The position numbers and the translations under genes are program-made. Below are positions 12,809-27,138 of a DNA stretch of 64,000 bases, piece after piece (position 1 is the first letter of the stretch; the number at the start of each line of letters is the position of its first letter). The notes under the pieces are model-generated. The model worked only from the letters and a program-made list of their open reading frames with translations. It had not been told where the DNA came from and searched no databases. Origin of the DNA: Patellaria atrata CBS 101060 (Eukaryota); assembly GCA_010093705.1 (NCBI GenBank), contig MU006098.1:944666-1008665 (forward strand), given 5' to 3'.

Positions 12809-14925
12809 ATGGACTACTTCTCCCGTCTACGACAGACTCGAAGCCATGCCGACATAGAGCCAGGGCAACAGACACCTGCGATCGAAATCACCGGTCCAGC
12901 TACTCCAGCCACCCCGACTGTGCCCGGAGCCTTTCCTACTGCCTCAACGTCTACTCCAACCCCAGGCTTCAATGGCAGCTCAGTTCGAATAAGAAGATTG
13001 CCTTCGATTGGTACGGTTCCCACCATTTCATCTATCCAAGAGACTCCCTCTTTCGTCACTCCTCGAGAGACCCCGCTCTCCCGAAGCGACTCTGGAGGCC
13101 GTCGAAGAAGTAATTCCCTTCCGCAACGGCCGCCCCCCGCCATATTCGAGCCCGATGTTACGAGAGAGACGACGGCTAGCTTACAGCTGCCAACGTTGCA
13201 GGAGGAAGCGAGCAGCATACCCAGAACACCCGGGGCAGACCAGTCCACGCAAAGTCCCCAGCAGGGGAGAGTCGGCCGGCTGCGGAGCGCAAGTGTCAAT
13301 ACTAAGGCTTTCTTGAGCCGACAGTTGTCACGGACGCCCCAAACCGATACTAATGGAGCTTCGTCTGGCACCGAATTACCACCGGGAGCGTATCCGTCAC
13401 AAGAGTACGAGGCCGGTATCGTAGACATGCTTGATGTTATTGGTACGTAGTTTAGACGTGTAGTCGAAGTGCATTGCTAACAGGTATACCCTAACTATCA
13501 GATCCCGAGGTTTCTACTCTTACAACTTTGAATAACGTGCAAAACTCTCTTTTCACTCCATATCTAGGTAGCTTATTCAGGCCGACCTACAATCTCACAC
13601 CACGACCGGGTCCTACAACGCCTGGTGCAGGCGCTAGAACACCTGTACTAACAAAGGCCCGCTCAAGGGACTTACTAACAGCGGAAAACATTGCGGATGT
13701 GGCCGAAGATGGAAGTAAAGAAAAAGAAGCAGAAGAAGAAGAGGTGAAACAAGATAGCGAGGCAGGAGCCTCTACCCGCAGACACAGCATAACTTCCCAA
13801 TTAAGCGTCGGGGAATCAGAACCGGGTCACAACTATGCAGTGCTTCCACATGGAATATCTCTCGAAGGGTGGAGTGAGGAAGCAAAAGAAGAGTTGAATG
13901 ATCATGTTAGACATTTGCTACATTCACGTCGTGCAGCGTTCAAGCGTAGTATGAGAGGATTTGGACAATATGTTCGAAAACGTAGGTCAAACCCGACCTC
14001 TTTTATGTGAATTCGGGTTTACTTAAAAGTTATAGCCATCGGTTTTTTGATTACTTTATACGCATTCCTCCTGACATTCTGGGGTGCCGCTTGGGTACTT
14101 TTCCTCATTGGTAAGTTCCAACGACTTCGAATTTTGTTAACCTTCGACTTAACCTATCTACTAGGTTGGCTCCACGTGGGTGACCGGCAAGCGTACTTCA
14201 TTGAAATCTGCGATCAAATCCTCACCGCGCTCTTCTGCGTCGTTGGTATTGGGCTGGCTCCCTTCCGTGCCGTCGACACTTACCATATGGCCTACATCGC
14301 CCACTATCATAAGACGACCTGGCGACTGCGGCGCGAGCAGGCCCTGCCCAAACTGCGCGACCACAACGATCTCCCGGAACCCTCCTCGGATCCGGATGTC
14401 GAAGCACAGAGGTCGAATGAACAAGCCATTGTCCTAACCCCCGAGCAGCAGAAGAAACTGGAGTATCATCAACATAAATTTTCGAAGTCACACTCCTTTT
14501 ATAAACCACACGAGACGCTCACCCACCGCGCTTTCTCGCTGAGGCTGCTGATCACCATTGTCACGCTACTAGATGCGCATTCACTCTTCCAGATGGCACT
14601 GGGCGGGACAACATGGGGTATATATTACAAGGACCGGCCCCCAGCCCTGACCGCTACCATTCTCTGCTGTTCTATTAGCTGCAATATTTCCGCGGGTATC
14701 ATCATCTCGGTCGGGGATAAGCGATCGCGGAAGAAGGAAGTGGTGGAGAGATTGTTCAGACAGGCACTCACAGAGCAGGCTATTCACAAGATCGAGAAGA
14801 AGAAGGGAGTCAAGGCGAAGAGAATGGAGGAGGAGAAAAACAAGATTGCCGAACCAATCCGCAAGTTGGAGGACGCGAGGCTGCCGGATAGGAAGACAGG
14901 GATCAAGCCGTATAATGGGACATAA
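12809..14925 (+). CDS. Fungal integral membrane protein (DUF2985-like) with a long disordered N-terminus, 4 exons
   Basis: Three ORFs join in frame across introns 13443-13501, 13982-14035 and 14111-14164. 'DPEVSTLTTLNNVQNSLF' and 'IEICDQILTALFCVVGIGLAPFR' resemble the DUF2985 family. Confidence 0.8.
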
Positions 14926-15204
14926 TGTGAAAGGTGAAATTTTAGAGGGGGGAAGACGGGAAGACTTTGGATAACTTAATATCTTTTGCTTCGATGCAGG
15001 GTTGAGGATGACATGCGTCCTTAATCCTTTCATCTCTCTTCGTTTCTATGGGCTCCCTTGTGCAACCACACCCCCTTTATACCCGTACACTTGACGTCGT
15101 ACCTTACCTCCCTCGCGTTAACATCTACAACTTCACTCTTACGCCCCTATCTCCCTCAGCCCCGACATCAATCTCAACCCAGAATGAAAGCCGCAGGACA
15201 CCAC

Positions 15205-16249
15205 TTACGCATTCAGCCGCTTAGCGTGCCACTCCACATGCTCGTCCGCAAAGCTTGCCATGAAGTAATAACTATGATCGTAATCTGATTGGAAGCGCAG
15301 ATTGATACCCCGATCATTCCCAGCTTCCTTCGCAGCGGCGACAAAGTTCTCGGGTAGGAGCTGCTTTTGTTTGTAGAAATTGTCACCGGTGCCCTAGCAA
15401 TTGAAGAAGAAAGTCTTAGTCCTTTCCTATCCTTGTGCATAGTGGAGGATGGAAATAGGGAAATGTGGAAAGGGGGCCACTTACGACATCGATCAGAAGT
15501 TCGAGCGGGCCACTCCACTTCTTCACTAATTCGGTCGCGTCGTGCTCTTTCCATTTTTCTTGCTGGTCTTCGCCAAAATAGCCTTTGAAGGCCTTCTGGC
15601 CCCATGGGGCGTTGATGGGGTTAGAGATGGGCGCGAAGGCGGAGCAGGACTTGTATTTACCCGGGTTCTTCAGGAACTAGTGCATATCGTCAGTATACCA
15701 CATTCATCTTGCCCTCACATCAACCCGTAAATACGCGTCAGGTCGGTAATCTGTTCTTCTGTGAGCTCCTACCAGAGTCAAAGCGCCATGACCTCCCATA
15801 CTATGTCCCGTAATACCGACCCTGCTCTCATCTAGCTCCTTGAAGCTCTCAAAAAGCGCCTTCGGCAACTCCTCCGTGATATAAGTATACATATTATATC
15901 CCTTACTCCAGGGGTCTTTCGTCGCATCGACGTAGAAACCAGCGCCTGACCCGAAGTCGTACGCGTCGTCCTCGCCTTGGATATTGAGGCCGCGGGGACT
16001 CGTGTCCGGGTAGACGACCGCGATGCCATGCTTGCTTGCACCGTGCTGGAAGAATCCCTTTTCGGAGCAGTTGTCGCCGGTGCAGGTTAGGCCGGAAAGG
16101 TAGAAGAGTACGGGAACTTTGGAAGATGAGGATTGAGGGGGTAGGTAGAGGTTTAGGCCCATGGAGGTGTTTGTGCTGCTAGATTTATGGGTTAGTTTGA
16201 GGAGCTTGCCGCCGAAGGAGGCGATTGTTGCTGTGGTGTTGAAAGCCAT
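15205..16249 (-). CDS. S-formylglutathione hydrolase (esterase D family), 3 exons
   Basis: 'LSGLTCT', 'PDTSPRG', '[12 protein letters not shown]', nucleophile '[10 protein letters not shown]'. Downstream exons give '[15 protein letters not shown]', 'IDV|GTGDNF..QLLPE' and 'YDHSYYF'; stop TAA at 15205-15207. Confidence 0.95.
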
Positions 16250-16925
16250 AGTCTTTAGTCGGTCCGAATAGAATGTTAGGGATGTTCGGCTGTAGATGAA
16301 GAGAAGATCAATAGTTTGAAATAATAGTTGGTATGGACTTTTCCGAGCAGAGAAGGAAGTTTAATACTGAAGAAATGTTGCAAGAATAAAAAGAAGCTCC
16401 CGTTCTCTTGACGAGAGGTGGTGGGGTATTATACATAGGTTGGACGGTAGTTGAATAGCCCCACTTTTACCTTTTTCGTCAGTAGACTGATCAAGTACAT
16501 CGTTGCATTACCATTTTTGGAGAAATGATCCCTCGAGCCGAAAAGTAAACTCATACAGATATCCGATTAAGAAAAGTTAGCAGCGGAATCGAATGTACGT
16601 AGCAAAGGTTGATTCTTCAAGAATTGAACCGAGGAACAGGTATGCTTGAGCGCAATGGGGATCTAAAAGTCCACCTCGCGAACTCTTCAACTCCTTTGAA
16701 AGAGCCAATATATCAGCGCTAACTTAAACAAATGCTCGGACAGAACCTAACGACAAGCCTCCACTCTGACTCCAATCCAAAGTACGGCACTCTAAACGGT
16801 TCTTTTCTGTTCCTGAGAAGACTAGTGCACCGTGTATTTCCGAACTCCAGATCGCCATTCCACCCTAATGCTATGCGAACGATATCGTCGAAACGGAAGA
16901 GAAAGTAGAGCCAAAGGTATGGGTA

Positions 16926-17602
<677 letters not shown>

Positions 17603-17881
17603 TCCGCGTGATTGGGGGTTAGGGCCAGGTATACAAGAGAGAGGTAATATGTGCAGAGTTGCTATCAAAGAAGGAGAAGTAAAAGGCTTTGGAGTTTGGA
17701 ATTTGTTCTCGGCGCAACAATATTTTCCGTTCCGGGTGAAATCTTGGCATCTGACGCAGGGCCACAAGCCAAAAATTATTTCCTTTATGTATGATATACC
17801 TTAACTGCCTCAAGATGTATTATTGTGGAAATACCCTTCTCTTTCTGCCTTCTAACAGTTGAAGTTGTTCCCTTAAATCCA
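17603..17881. promoter_or_regulatory. Compact bidirectional promoter region shared by RPB6 and TFIIIA (279 bp between start codons)
   Basis: Divergent ATGs at 17602 and 17882. Confidence 0.75.
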
Positions 17882-19623
17882 ATGGCGCAAGAAATTCCGG
17901 CTACGATGCTTCTCAAACGTCCACTAGATGAAACCGAGCCCAATGTTCTGCTCAAGAGAGTCCACCAAGGTCTGTATCCCTCAAACCAACATTTACCGCT
18001 ACCTGACCAAAATTGATAGACGATAACGAGAGCGACAGCGATTCTGATTATTCTGATGCGGAGAGTATTACAAGATCTACACGAACCTCAACTCCTATTG
18101 TTCCCACTCCCTCTACGCCGCTATCCCCTGCCCCGTCGAGTAAGGCGCATTGGCGACCGAACATCTATCACTGCACATTTGAAGGATGTAGTCGGTCTTT
18201 CAATCGTCCAGTTCGGCTTGCAGAGCATATAAGATCCCACACAAATGAGCGGCCCTACGCCTGCATTGTCGAAGGTTGCGACAAGACCTTCATCCGTGAC
18301 GGGCATCTCACCCGGCATATGAAAAGTTCCCATAGCAATGTCCGTGACCACGTCTGCGACTGGGAGGGTTGTGATAAGAGGTTCCTTACTGCTACTCGGC
18401 TTCGAAGGCATCAAGACACCCATGAAAAAAAGGAGAAGTACCACTGCACTCAGGACGGCTGCAATGAGTACTTTCGCAAGCACTCTACCCTCCAACGGCA
18501 CATACAAAGCGTACACCTTCACCAGAAGTCATATGTTTGCACCCATACCAATGAAGACACAGGCGAAAGCTGCACCTATAGCGCAGACCAGCCTGGTACC
18601 CTCCGCTCCCACATCAACCGCATGCACTCCGGGGAGAAGTTCTGGTGCAATATCTGCGGTCCAGAGCCATCAGAAGCCACTCCTACCCTCGATAATAATC
18701 TAGACAGTATAGCACGATCCTCTCACAACCTAGTCGGCTTCAAAACTTACACACAATTCCTCGCACACATGCGCGAAGTTCACCCACCCACCTGTCCTCA
18801 CTGCTCGAAAGCTCACGCAACCCCCTCAGCCCTCCAATCGCATATCGAGATCCATCACGGTGGAGTCCCACTCTCCGAACGCCGCACTTTTCTCTGCACT
18901 TTCCCCGGTTGCGATCGGGGTTTCACAAAACAAGGGAACCTGAACGTGCACATCAAGACGGTGCACGACCCCGTCAAAAAGTGGGTTTGTGGCGACACCA
19001 TCAACCACAAAAAGGAGGAGCTGCACAACGTTCCTAATTGGAACGGCCCAGGATGTGGCAGAGACTTCCGAACGAAGGGAAATCTAGAGGAACACATACG
19101 TACCCAACACCTTGGGCTCGAGAGAAAGATGAAAGCGAGAAAGCGGAAGAAGGCTCCAGATTCCGATAGCAAGATCCCTAAATCCCGTGGACCCTCCGGC
19201 GCTCCCGCTGTTTCGACGCTCGCTCGCCTCACCGGCGCAGGGTACGCAGAGGAATCGGGGTACAAGATCGTATGTACGCAGCAGGGGTGTGCCTTCCGCT
19301 TTGCGAGGGATTTCGACCTTGCGACGCATTTGAGGAAGGTGCATAAGATGGGTGAGCAGGACGTGGTGGCGGAGCTGGTTGAAAGAGAGGCAGACAGGGT
19401 GGAGAAGGAAGCGTTGGCTGGTGGGGTATTCTGGATTGGTGGAGAAGCTGATGGGGGTGTGTACGGGAATGTGACTGATATGGGCGAGGATGAAAGAATC
19501 GATGGGAATAGGAAGGAAAGAGATACCATAGGGGATGTGGAACGCGTAAACCGAGGACAAAGGGGGGCGATCGAGGATGAGGCGTGGCTGGATCCAGTTT
19601 TGAGGTACTTGGAACAAGGTTAG
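17882..19623 (+). CDS. PZF1: Transcription factor IIIA (10 C2H2 zinc fingers), 2 exons
   Basis: Ten C2H2 fingers counted, from 'CTFEGC..HIRSH' to 'CTQQGC..HLRKVH'. There is a long spacer before the last finger and insertions in fingers 5, 6 and 9, as in fungal TFIIIA. The gene is head-to-head with RPB6. Short first exon from ATG 17882, intron about 17970-18018. Confidence 0.85.
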
Positions 19624-22600
19624 TTCGGGGTAATGAGCTCTCTTATCATCCGATATTAAAGATGAATATATTCGGGAGTTTCAACTTGTGTTACACTCAT
19701 ACTCTCTGTATATATCACGGGCGTCTGTAGAGGAATATCTCTCGACCGAGTTCCCACTTCATCCTTCCATATATTCCTTATATAAGACGAGAGAGTAACG
19801 ATTGCCCGTTGTCCACACCACTATCCAAGAACCACCATATGATAGGCAACCATGAAATCGCTTTCCTATACGTATCATAGTGAAGAATAGCTCTTGCATT
19901 TTGGGGTCATCCAGACTCGCTACTCCATCTTCACCATCTCGCCTCTATGCTCAGAATGCTTTAGTACCCCGATCCAGCTAGGCGAGCCGGACACTGGTTG
20001 TTAGGGCTTTGAACCGGGGGGGGGTTTGGTCGTACCAAACACACCCGGGGGAGATTTTTGGGTGAGGTTATACAGTAATGTTGAGGTTGGTTGGGTTGTT
20101 GCGGTGTCCAGGTACAGAATATCAGAGCTGAGTGTGGATCTTGGGTCCAAGGGGTCCTGTGCTGCACTGCCTAAATTTTGTAAAACCAGAATTATGGAAA
20201 CGGGACCCTCTATCCATGAAGAGGATGCGAATCGACCAGCCAACGCCAACCACAGGCCTTCACAAAGTATTCGGCCACGGAGTATAAGATAGAAAGCGGA
20301 TACTTGTTTGTGTAAAGACTACAACCGCAAAAGAAGAGGAAACGTCCATAACCGAGGAACTGGAAATGGAATCGCCACGCAGTTTTGAGGTTAACTGTGA
20401 ATAAGCCTTAAGATGGTCTGGTCCCGATTGGAAAGTATAGTAATCGATGAATTGAAGTGCTTGAGTATCTGACCGGTGTTACTCGTAGCTATCCAATCCA
20501 ACGTTCAGTTTGAAACCCGTTCCATCGAAGCTCATCGGAAAATTCCCGAGTCGGCCTATTACTGAATGCGTAACGGGGTTACGAGCTTATGGTTTAACAT
20601 AGGGAGATCGAAAGGACGTCCCGGTCTACCGGTCAACCGTGAAGAGGAGTTTATTCAAGCTGCTTTGCAACGCGGCACGGTATCCAGTGTTGTGGGTTGT
20701 CCGACCCTACGAGCATCGCGAGTCTTGCCGGACTGGTTTTTGTAGCTTACTTCGCAGATGGAAGAGGATCACAACCAAAACAGAACAAGATGAGGATCAA
20801 GAAAAGAGGAAATACTAGAACGATCCACCATCTTTCTACTAAGGGAATTGCGATGTAGGGGCCACTGCGGTTAGAATGGATAACGTGAAGCGTATCTCTC
20901 GGTGTTTGTTGGGACAACGTGCTACAGAGCGGTCGTTTCTCGTCGGTCTATAATGATTCTGCGGAAGATAGAAAAGCTGTGGGACAGGGCATCCCCAGAA
21001 ATTCATCCCCATGGCAGTGTTTCCACACGCACTGTGATGTGAGACCGTAACAAACCCACTACTGTTCAGTTCGTACAAGATTCCACTACACGGTGACACA
21101 TAAACTGTCCCCATGGTGGGAAGTACTTCCGCTAAAAAGCTGCAAGGCTATACTGTACAATAGAAATAATATCCGCCGCAGATGTATGGTTGAAATTGAA
21201 TTCAGCGACATGTGTATTACTCTTCCCTCTCCCTCACTTTTAGCTATGGCATGGTTCACCGAGGGGAAAGCTTCGTGGGTAATGTGCTCCACGTCCCAGA
21301 GCTTGCTAGAGTGGTATGGTGTATGGAAGCTCGACCCAATTAATTCCGAATTAACTTGCGAGGGGTTGTAGTAGCTATTTCCGAGAAATGATATTCGCTG
21401 CACAAGGTGAAATAACCGCAAAAGTCATCCAATTCGCCATGTACGTATCTGAGGACCGTGATAGCCCCGGACATCATATGTGCAGTACGGATATAGTAAT
21501 GAACTCGCAATGAGATCCTAGTCCGAGCTGTCGGTGCAAGGGGTACCGTGATATCGGGTTTGGCCCAAAGCAAAAGTCGAGGAAGAGGGGTTACCGTCCT
21601 CTATTATGGAGCCTATGGCTAAGCGGATATGACTGGGTATCAACTATGTCATAAGTAAGACAGTGTATGCAATGGTGGGTGGCGAGAGATAGCTGCGGAT
21701 TTTGTAATATCACACGGCATGGCCATCAAGTACGCATTCACTCACGGAGAGATTGATCACCCATCTGATCAGACATCGATGAGATTGTGGGGAATGGTCT
21801 CCGATGGCAAAGAAGCATGCATGGACGATGCCACCGGAATGTGCGCTTGAGATCTGGATCTAGTCGGCGTCTATAGACATGTGTTCAGAAAGCTTTTGGC
21901 GGGTTGCCTTATTGCCAGACTGCCTTTCAACAATCCCGATTTGCCTATATCAAGCAATCAAAATCTGTCACAAATCCTCAAGAGAGTATCACCGCATATA
22001 CCGAAAAGGGGCTTGGAACCCCAAGGTCCCGCTCATCTCCGCAGCTCGCCACAGCTCTCACCCGGTAAGTTTTCGAGTAGTTTCCCCCGTGTCGCGTTCA
22101 TTGTGCTAGTGATTCGTTATCATTTTCTTTGCTTAACCGAACCACATCTGCAACTAAGAACAGAATATGGCGTAGAATACGGCCCCCAAGAAACATAAAC
22201 CTCAATGATGACCCATATTGCGATCTCTGTATGTTGAAGTGATGTTAGACACCCCGTGGCATCGTTTGGGCGGGAATTTTGCTCCGTAGGCACAAGTCGC
22301 TTGCATTTGTTGGACGGTAAAACTCGGTTCGGCTTGCCGGTCGGGAATCACGAGAGGAATTGCAAGCTGTGCAAGTATACCGGTATAGATATTTTATAAT
22401 CGATGCTAGGTAACGACACAAGTCCTATGGTAATAGTTGAAATAGGGTTGAAGCGACTAAACGCTATTGAGACTATTGTACAAGAAAGATAAGGTAGTTC
22501 TGTGCCTTGTTTCACGCTGCTCTGAGTGTGGAAAGCTTACCTTGTCGATCGATGTGGGAAACCAGGAGGCTGGTAACATAGATGGCTTTCAGATTTTGTG

Positions 22601-23329
22601 TATCATTCCGAGCCGTGTCGGGTTTGAACTCGCTGCAGAAAACGGATACATGTCACATCTCATTGCGTATGTGAAAGTCTAAAATTTAACAAGGCCAGTC
22701 GATATTCTTGCAGTTAGGGACGGAAAGTCAATGCGGCAACGACAAGGTATTCCATTTGCAAATCCTTATACATGGGACCTATTGCGCGCATCAGCCAAGG
22801 GGTTGCCCACATCACTCAGTATTGCATTCACATACGTACTGTGCAATTGGACTGGTAGATCCACAATGCCAACCCACAGTTACACACCGGAAGTATATAC
22901 TATTTTCCCCGGACATACAACGGTAGGCGGACATTACACCGGTATAAACATTGACATCCTACCCGACGCTAGTCCTTTGGATATCATAGAGCGTAAACTA
23001 GCTTTGACCTTTCTTTCGCGAGCTTGTATTCTTACTTTCTGACATGCAGTAAATTGATCACTTGGAGGAATTTAGACCAGGGAGTCCCCTTGCAATATCA
23101 AAGATTTTCTCACCACCATCGAAAAGAAATATGTCACCATATGTTGATGTTAACTATGCTGATTATCTCCATCGAGGATTTGAAGGACCGTACAACCACT
23201 TATCTCATAATCTACCCCGAAGCAATCGACCCCAATGTTTGTCCGAGCAGCTGAAGAATAAAACAAATAATCCGTTCTAGAAGAGAATGTAATAGCAGCA
23301 TCTCTGCCCCTCTCGACGCAATCAACGAT

Positions 23330-24526
23330 TTAGCGTTGTTCCCGATTCTCCGCCTAGCCGCACGTGTGAGTTAATCAAGGTCCTTAACATTAACAATGGG
23401 ATTTCTTCTTACACGATGAGGCCCTGAACCCTTGGCAATAAGGGGGCTGTATTGATCTGCCACTTTCGTTAATTCCTTGTCCATTCGGACCCTGAGAATC
23501 CTGCCATTGTATTTGAGGCCGTTCAACACTTCGAAAGCTTCACGCGCCTCTTCCTTGGACCCGTATTGTGCGGTTGCATAGCCTTTAGGGTGACCACCCT
23601 TGTCTTTCCCAATCTCGAATTTGACTGGTTTACCATACTTATTGAGGAGTCTTTCAACCTCCGGAGGTCCTGCATTATATGGCAACCCCTGGATGAAAAT
23701 GCCACGCGGCTCAAGCGTGACTAAGCCGCCCGAAGAGTTGACAGGAACATCTCCTAAAGTTAAGTGATATGACACTGACTCTGGTACCGCTGGTGTTGGA
23801 TTACTTGGCTCATAGCTTTCTTTCGGCCCAGAGCTTGCCGAGCCGTAGATTGGAGCACCATATCCCACGGGCTGGTAGGCCTGGCCCGCATACATTTGAA
23901 AATTATGTTCTTGCGGATACGTATAGCTTGGGTAACTATATTGTTGCTGTAGGTTCTGCGGAGTCGCTGCCTGATAGAAATAACTCGGTTGTGCCACTGG
24001 AGCGACATATCCATGTGCGTAAGGTGTGGCGCCTGCTGATAGTGCAGCTTGATAGGAGTTTAGGATGCCGGAGGGGATTGTATGGTCGCTGGGACGACTT
24101 TGGATTTGACAGTTGCACTTGACCAAGAAAGGTTGACCAACCGCCGACATGTTGAATTGATGTACAACATGACCCAAAACCGGCTCAATCATAAGTTCTG
24201 TAGGTGATATCAGCCGGAGTGACCTCGAGATATTCAATAATTGATCTCACCATATGCCTTTATAGCATCCGCTTCGGTCCTAATTGTAAACATGCCATAG
24301 TTTGTCCCGTTGATGTCTGCTCTCACGTCCGTCCAACCAGGTTCACCTCCTACCGCATTCCGAACATAGTCTTTTAAATGTGTCCAAGTCCATGCCCTTG
24401 AGACCTATGATGCATACCGAAGTGTTAAAAAGAGATTATGGATAGGATTGTTCGAATACGCACTCCTGCCACTATGAAATAGAACATATCTCTACCAGCC
24501 ACCCGCCCACCATTTTCATTTGACAT
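23330..24526 (-). CDS. RNA-binding protein with a degenerate N-terminal RRM-like segment and a C-terminal RRM, 3-4 exons
   Basis: Upstream exons give 'MSNENGGRVAGRDMFYFIVAG|VSRAWTWTHLKDYVR..YGMFTIRTEADAIKAY'. C-terminal RRM 'IFIQGLPY..KGYATAQY..AFEVLNGLKYNGRILRV'. The end is 23371 if unspliced, or 23330 if the 23412-23354 intron is used. Confidence 0.8.
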
Positions 24527-26102
24527 CTTGTATGTTTTCCCAAGTAATCACTGCTAGAACTGAGCCAGAATTTATGGTATGAAATGATTTTACTCTCCGT
24601 TTGCTCAATTAAAGTATAAAGCCAACGGTCCCCTTTATAGGTAGTAGTAAAGTTGTACTAATGATTTATGAAGTGTCATGGATGGTACAAAAGTCTAAAC
24701 CCCAACGAAACCCGGTGTCATAGAACAAACAGCCTCCAGAAATATGAGATATTGACTGAGACAGAAAATGAGAACACGAGTCCAGAGAGGATTATCAGGG
24801 ATTTATGCGTGACCATAACGGTTATACCCCCAACTTACGATCTACCAATTTCAGAGAGTTTGATGCATTGCGTGCCGTTGATACCCTAAACGGCGAGAAT
24901 TCAAGTTGGTGGAGTTCTTGAGAGGTGGCTCGGTAGTATGTGACGTGCATGGTAGAGTAAGATCCTGGGCTGATCAGTCGAGTTGTTCACAATACGCGTA
25001 TAAAAGTAGAACTGAAGATGCCTCTTGGTAAATTGCTGCATATGTAAACTGGCCAGGGTTCAGAAACGGCAACGTGGAAGCGCGGTCCACCCCGCTAGTA
25101 CAGTACGGGGCTGAATTGGTATGAAAACCAGGCCGTAGTTCTACGCGTGGCGACTGACTCTGTCTTCTCGGTCGCTGCTCAGCCTACTCAGCAGGAAGAA
25201 CCGATTTGGGACTTACGGTCAAAGGTTACACGACTGAGACTGATCATGCTGGGTTATCTGTACGGTGGATACGCTTTGCATGGCTGGTTGTTGACATTTA
25301 GAGATTTCCGGAGATCTGTTGATTTGGCTGCATGTTCGGGTTCCAAGCTTTCCAGGATCCATTATGTGACAAGTTAAGAAATCGTTGAGTCCAATTGTAA
25401 AATCTATTCCGGTCACATCAACTAACGCAGGGATGCACCGAGGGGGGATTGATGAGGGCACCTATCAGTACGCAGTAGTGTACACTTTCTCTGAACGACC
25501 TTCTTCAGCTTCTTCCGGTAGATTCTTTTTTTTTTTTCCTTTTTGGCCAAAATTGCCCGTGTACTAGCAGTACAGCCCTGAGCCTGCTCACCAATGCGGC
25601 TGAAAGTATGGGCACGCGGTAGGCTAGACTGTCGAGAAAAGGAGGTATGCGTTTGCAGTATGAAAAGGTACGGCATAATTGTGTCTTCGAGCTTTTCGGA
25701 TACTGTAGTTCTAAATAGACCTGGCCGCCCCTGAATCTGAGTTATACCATGACTAAAGGAAGCAGTTGTCGCTATCTGGCTATTGGACGCAGCCAGTAGA
25801 ACTAGATGCACCAAGAGGTAACAGATAAATGGCGATTGTAAGATACAGTACGGTACTATCAGGTGGATTCCTGGTGAAGAATTGCTGCGTCGTATCTCTG
25901 TTGACTTTCTCTACGGTATCACGACGTTATCTAGGTAGTTCTACCGGTACCTGTCAATGCTTGGCACCGTCATAAAGTCTGACTAAGGCACTATAGTTCT
26001 GCTTATTCCGTTATTTCGTACACCACGCCCGTCCCGACGACGCGTTTTGGTAACGCAGGTCAAAAGAGTTCTTGAACAACGCAAGACTTCATTTCGATCA
26101 CC

Positions 26103-26135
<33 letters not shown>

Positions 26136-26325
26136 TTCCTTCACGCTCTCTACGTGTTCTGGATCGTCTACCACCAACTTTCACTCCTGAACATCTTCCC
26201 TTCCCTACACGCCAAGTCCGCGACAATACTCTGCGGGAAAGTGCGCAAGCGTATACTCGCGCCTCCTGACCTCATACACCCATCACCAAACGCACCTCAC
26301 GTATTTCGCACGATAGATATCGATC

Positions 26326-27138
26326 ATGTCGGATTATTCAAAGCTGAAGAACGCGGAACTCGAGGCGATGCTAAAAGAGCGCTCTCTCCCGCATACGGGC
26401 AAGAAGGCAGACATGATTGCTCGCCTGCGGGAAGACGACGAGAAGAAAGCATCTAAAACGCCCGCTGCAGCTGCCGAAGATGAAATTGACTGGGATGACG
26501 ATGCGACTAATGATGCCCCGAAGCCTTTCGACGCCACGACCGCTCCGGGTGCTGCTGCAATTGCCGCCGGGGGCCAAGGTCGGGTCGCAAACCCTCAGAG
26601 TGTACCTAACCAGGTTGCAGACATTGATCCATCCATGACAGATGACCTGACCGTGAAAGCACCGACTGACGAAGGTGCAAAGGATGTCGATGTATCAGAG
26701 GCTAAAACTACTGAGAAAGAGAAGACACCAGTTAACTTCAGTAGCGGCTTGAAAGAGACCACGCTTGAGGAAGAACTGGAGAAGCGCAAAGCCCGAGCGA
26801 AGAAATTTGGACTTCCGATTGAGGATGACGACGAAATCAAGAAGTTAGAACGCGCGAAGAAGTTTGGCGAAACTGCTGCTCCCAAAGGACTAAACCAAGC
26901 TCTGCCTGAAAGGAGTAGGAAAAGGGGCCGCGATGGTGATGACGATAGTGGTCGTGGTGGAAAGAGAGGCGGTAGACGATTCGATGGTAGGCGTGGTGGA
27001 AGGAAGCCGGCCAGGCAAGACCGTGACAGGCGGGATGATGGAGAACGCAAACCGAAAGACTCACGCACCGAGTTCAGTGAGGCGGATAGGAAGAGGAACG
27101 AAGCGCGCAAGCAAAGGTTTGCGGCCGCGGCTTCCTGA
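26326..27138 (+). CDS. THO1: SAP-domain ribonucleoprotein (Tho1/SARNP/MOS11 family)
   Basis: N-terminal SAP 'YSKLKNAELEAMLKERSLPHTGKKADMIARL'; repeated 'RKARAKKFG', 'LERAKKFG' and 'EARKQRF' motifs; single exon. Confidence 0.88.
   Translation: MSDYSKLKNAELEAMLKERSLPHTGKKADMIARLREDDEKKASKTPAAAAEDEIDWDDDATNDAPKPFDATTAPGAAAIAAGGQGRVANPQSVPNQVADIDPSMTDDLTVKAPTDEGAKDVDVSEAKTTEKEKTPVNFSSGLKETTLEEELEKRKARAKKFGLPIEDDDEIKKLERAKKFGETAAPKGLNQALPERSRKRGRDGDDDSGRGGKRGGRRFDGRRGGRKPARQDRDRRDDGERKPKDSRTEFSEADRKRNEARKQRFAAAAS

Noticed and set aside
19961..20220. GC-rich patch with hairpin GTTTGGT-CGT-ACCAAAC, possible MITE or Helitron end
   Set aside because: No terminal inverted repeats, target-site duplication or correctly spaced CTAG end found.
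19700..23300. Gene-poor 3.6 kb with many short ORFs; also checked for a 5S rRNA gene next to TFIIIA
   Set aside because: No ORF has recognisable motifs, and no 5S, tRNA or snRNA signature was seen.
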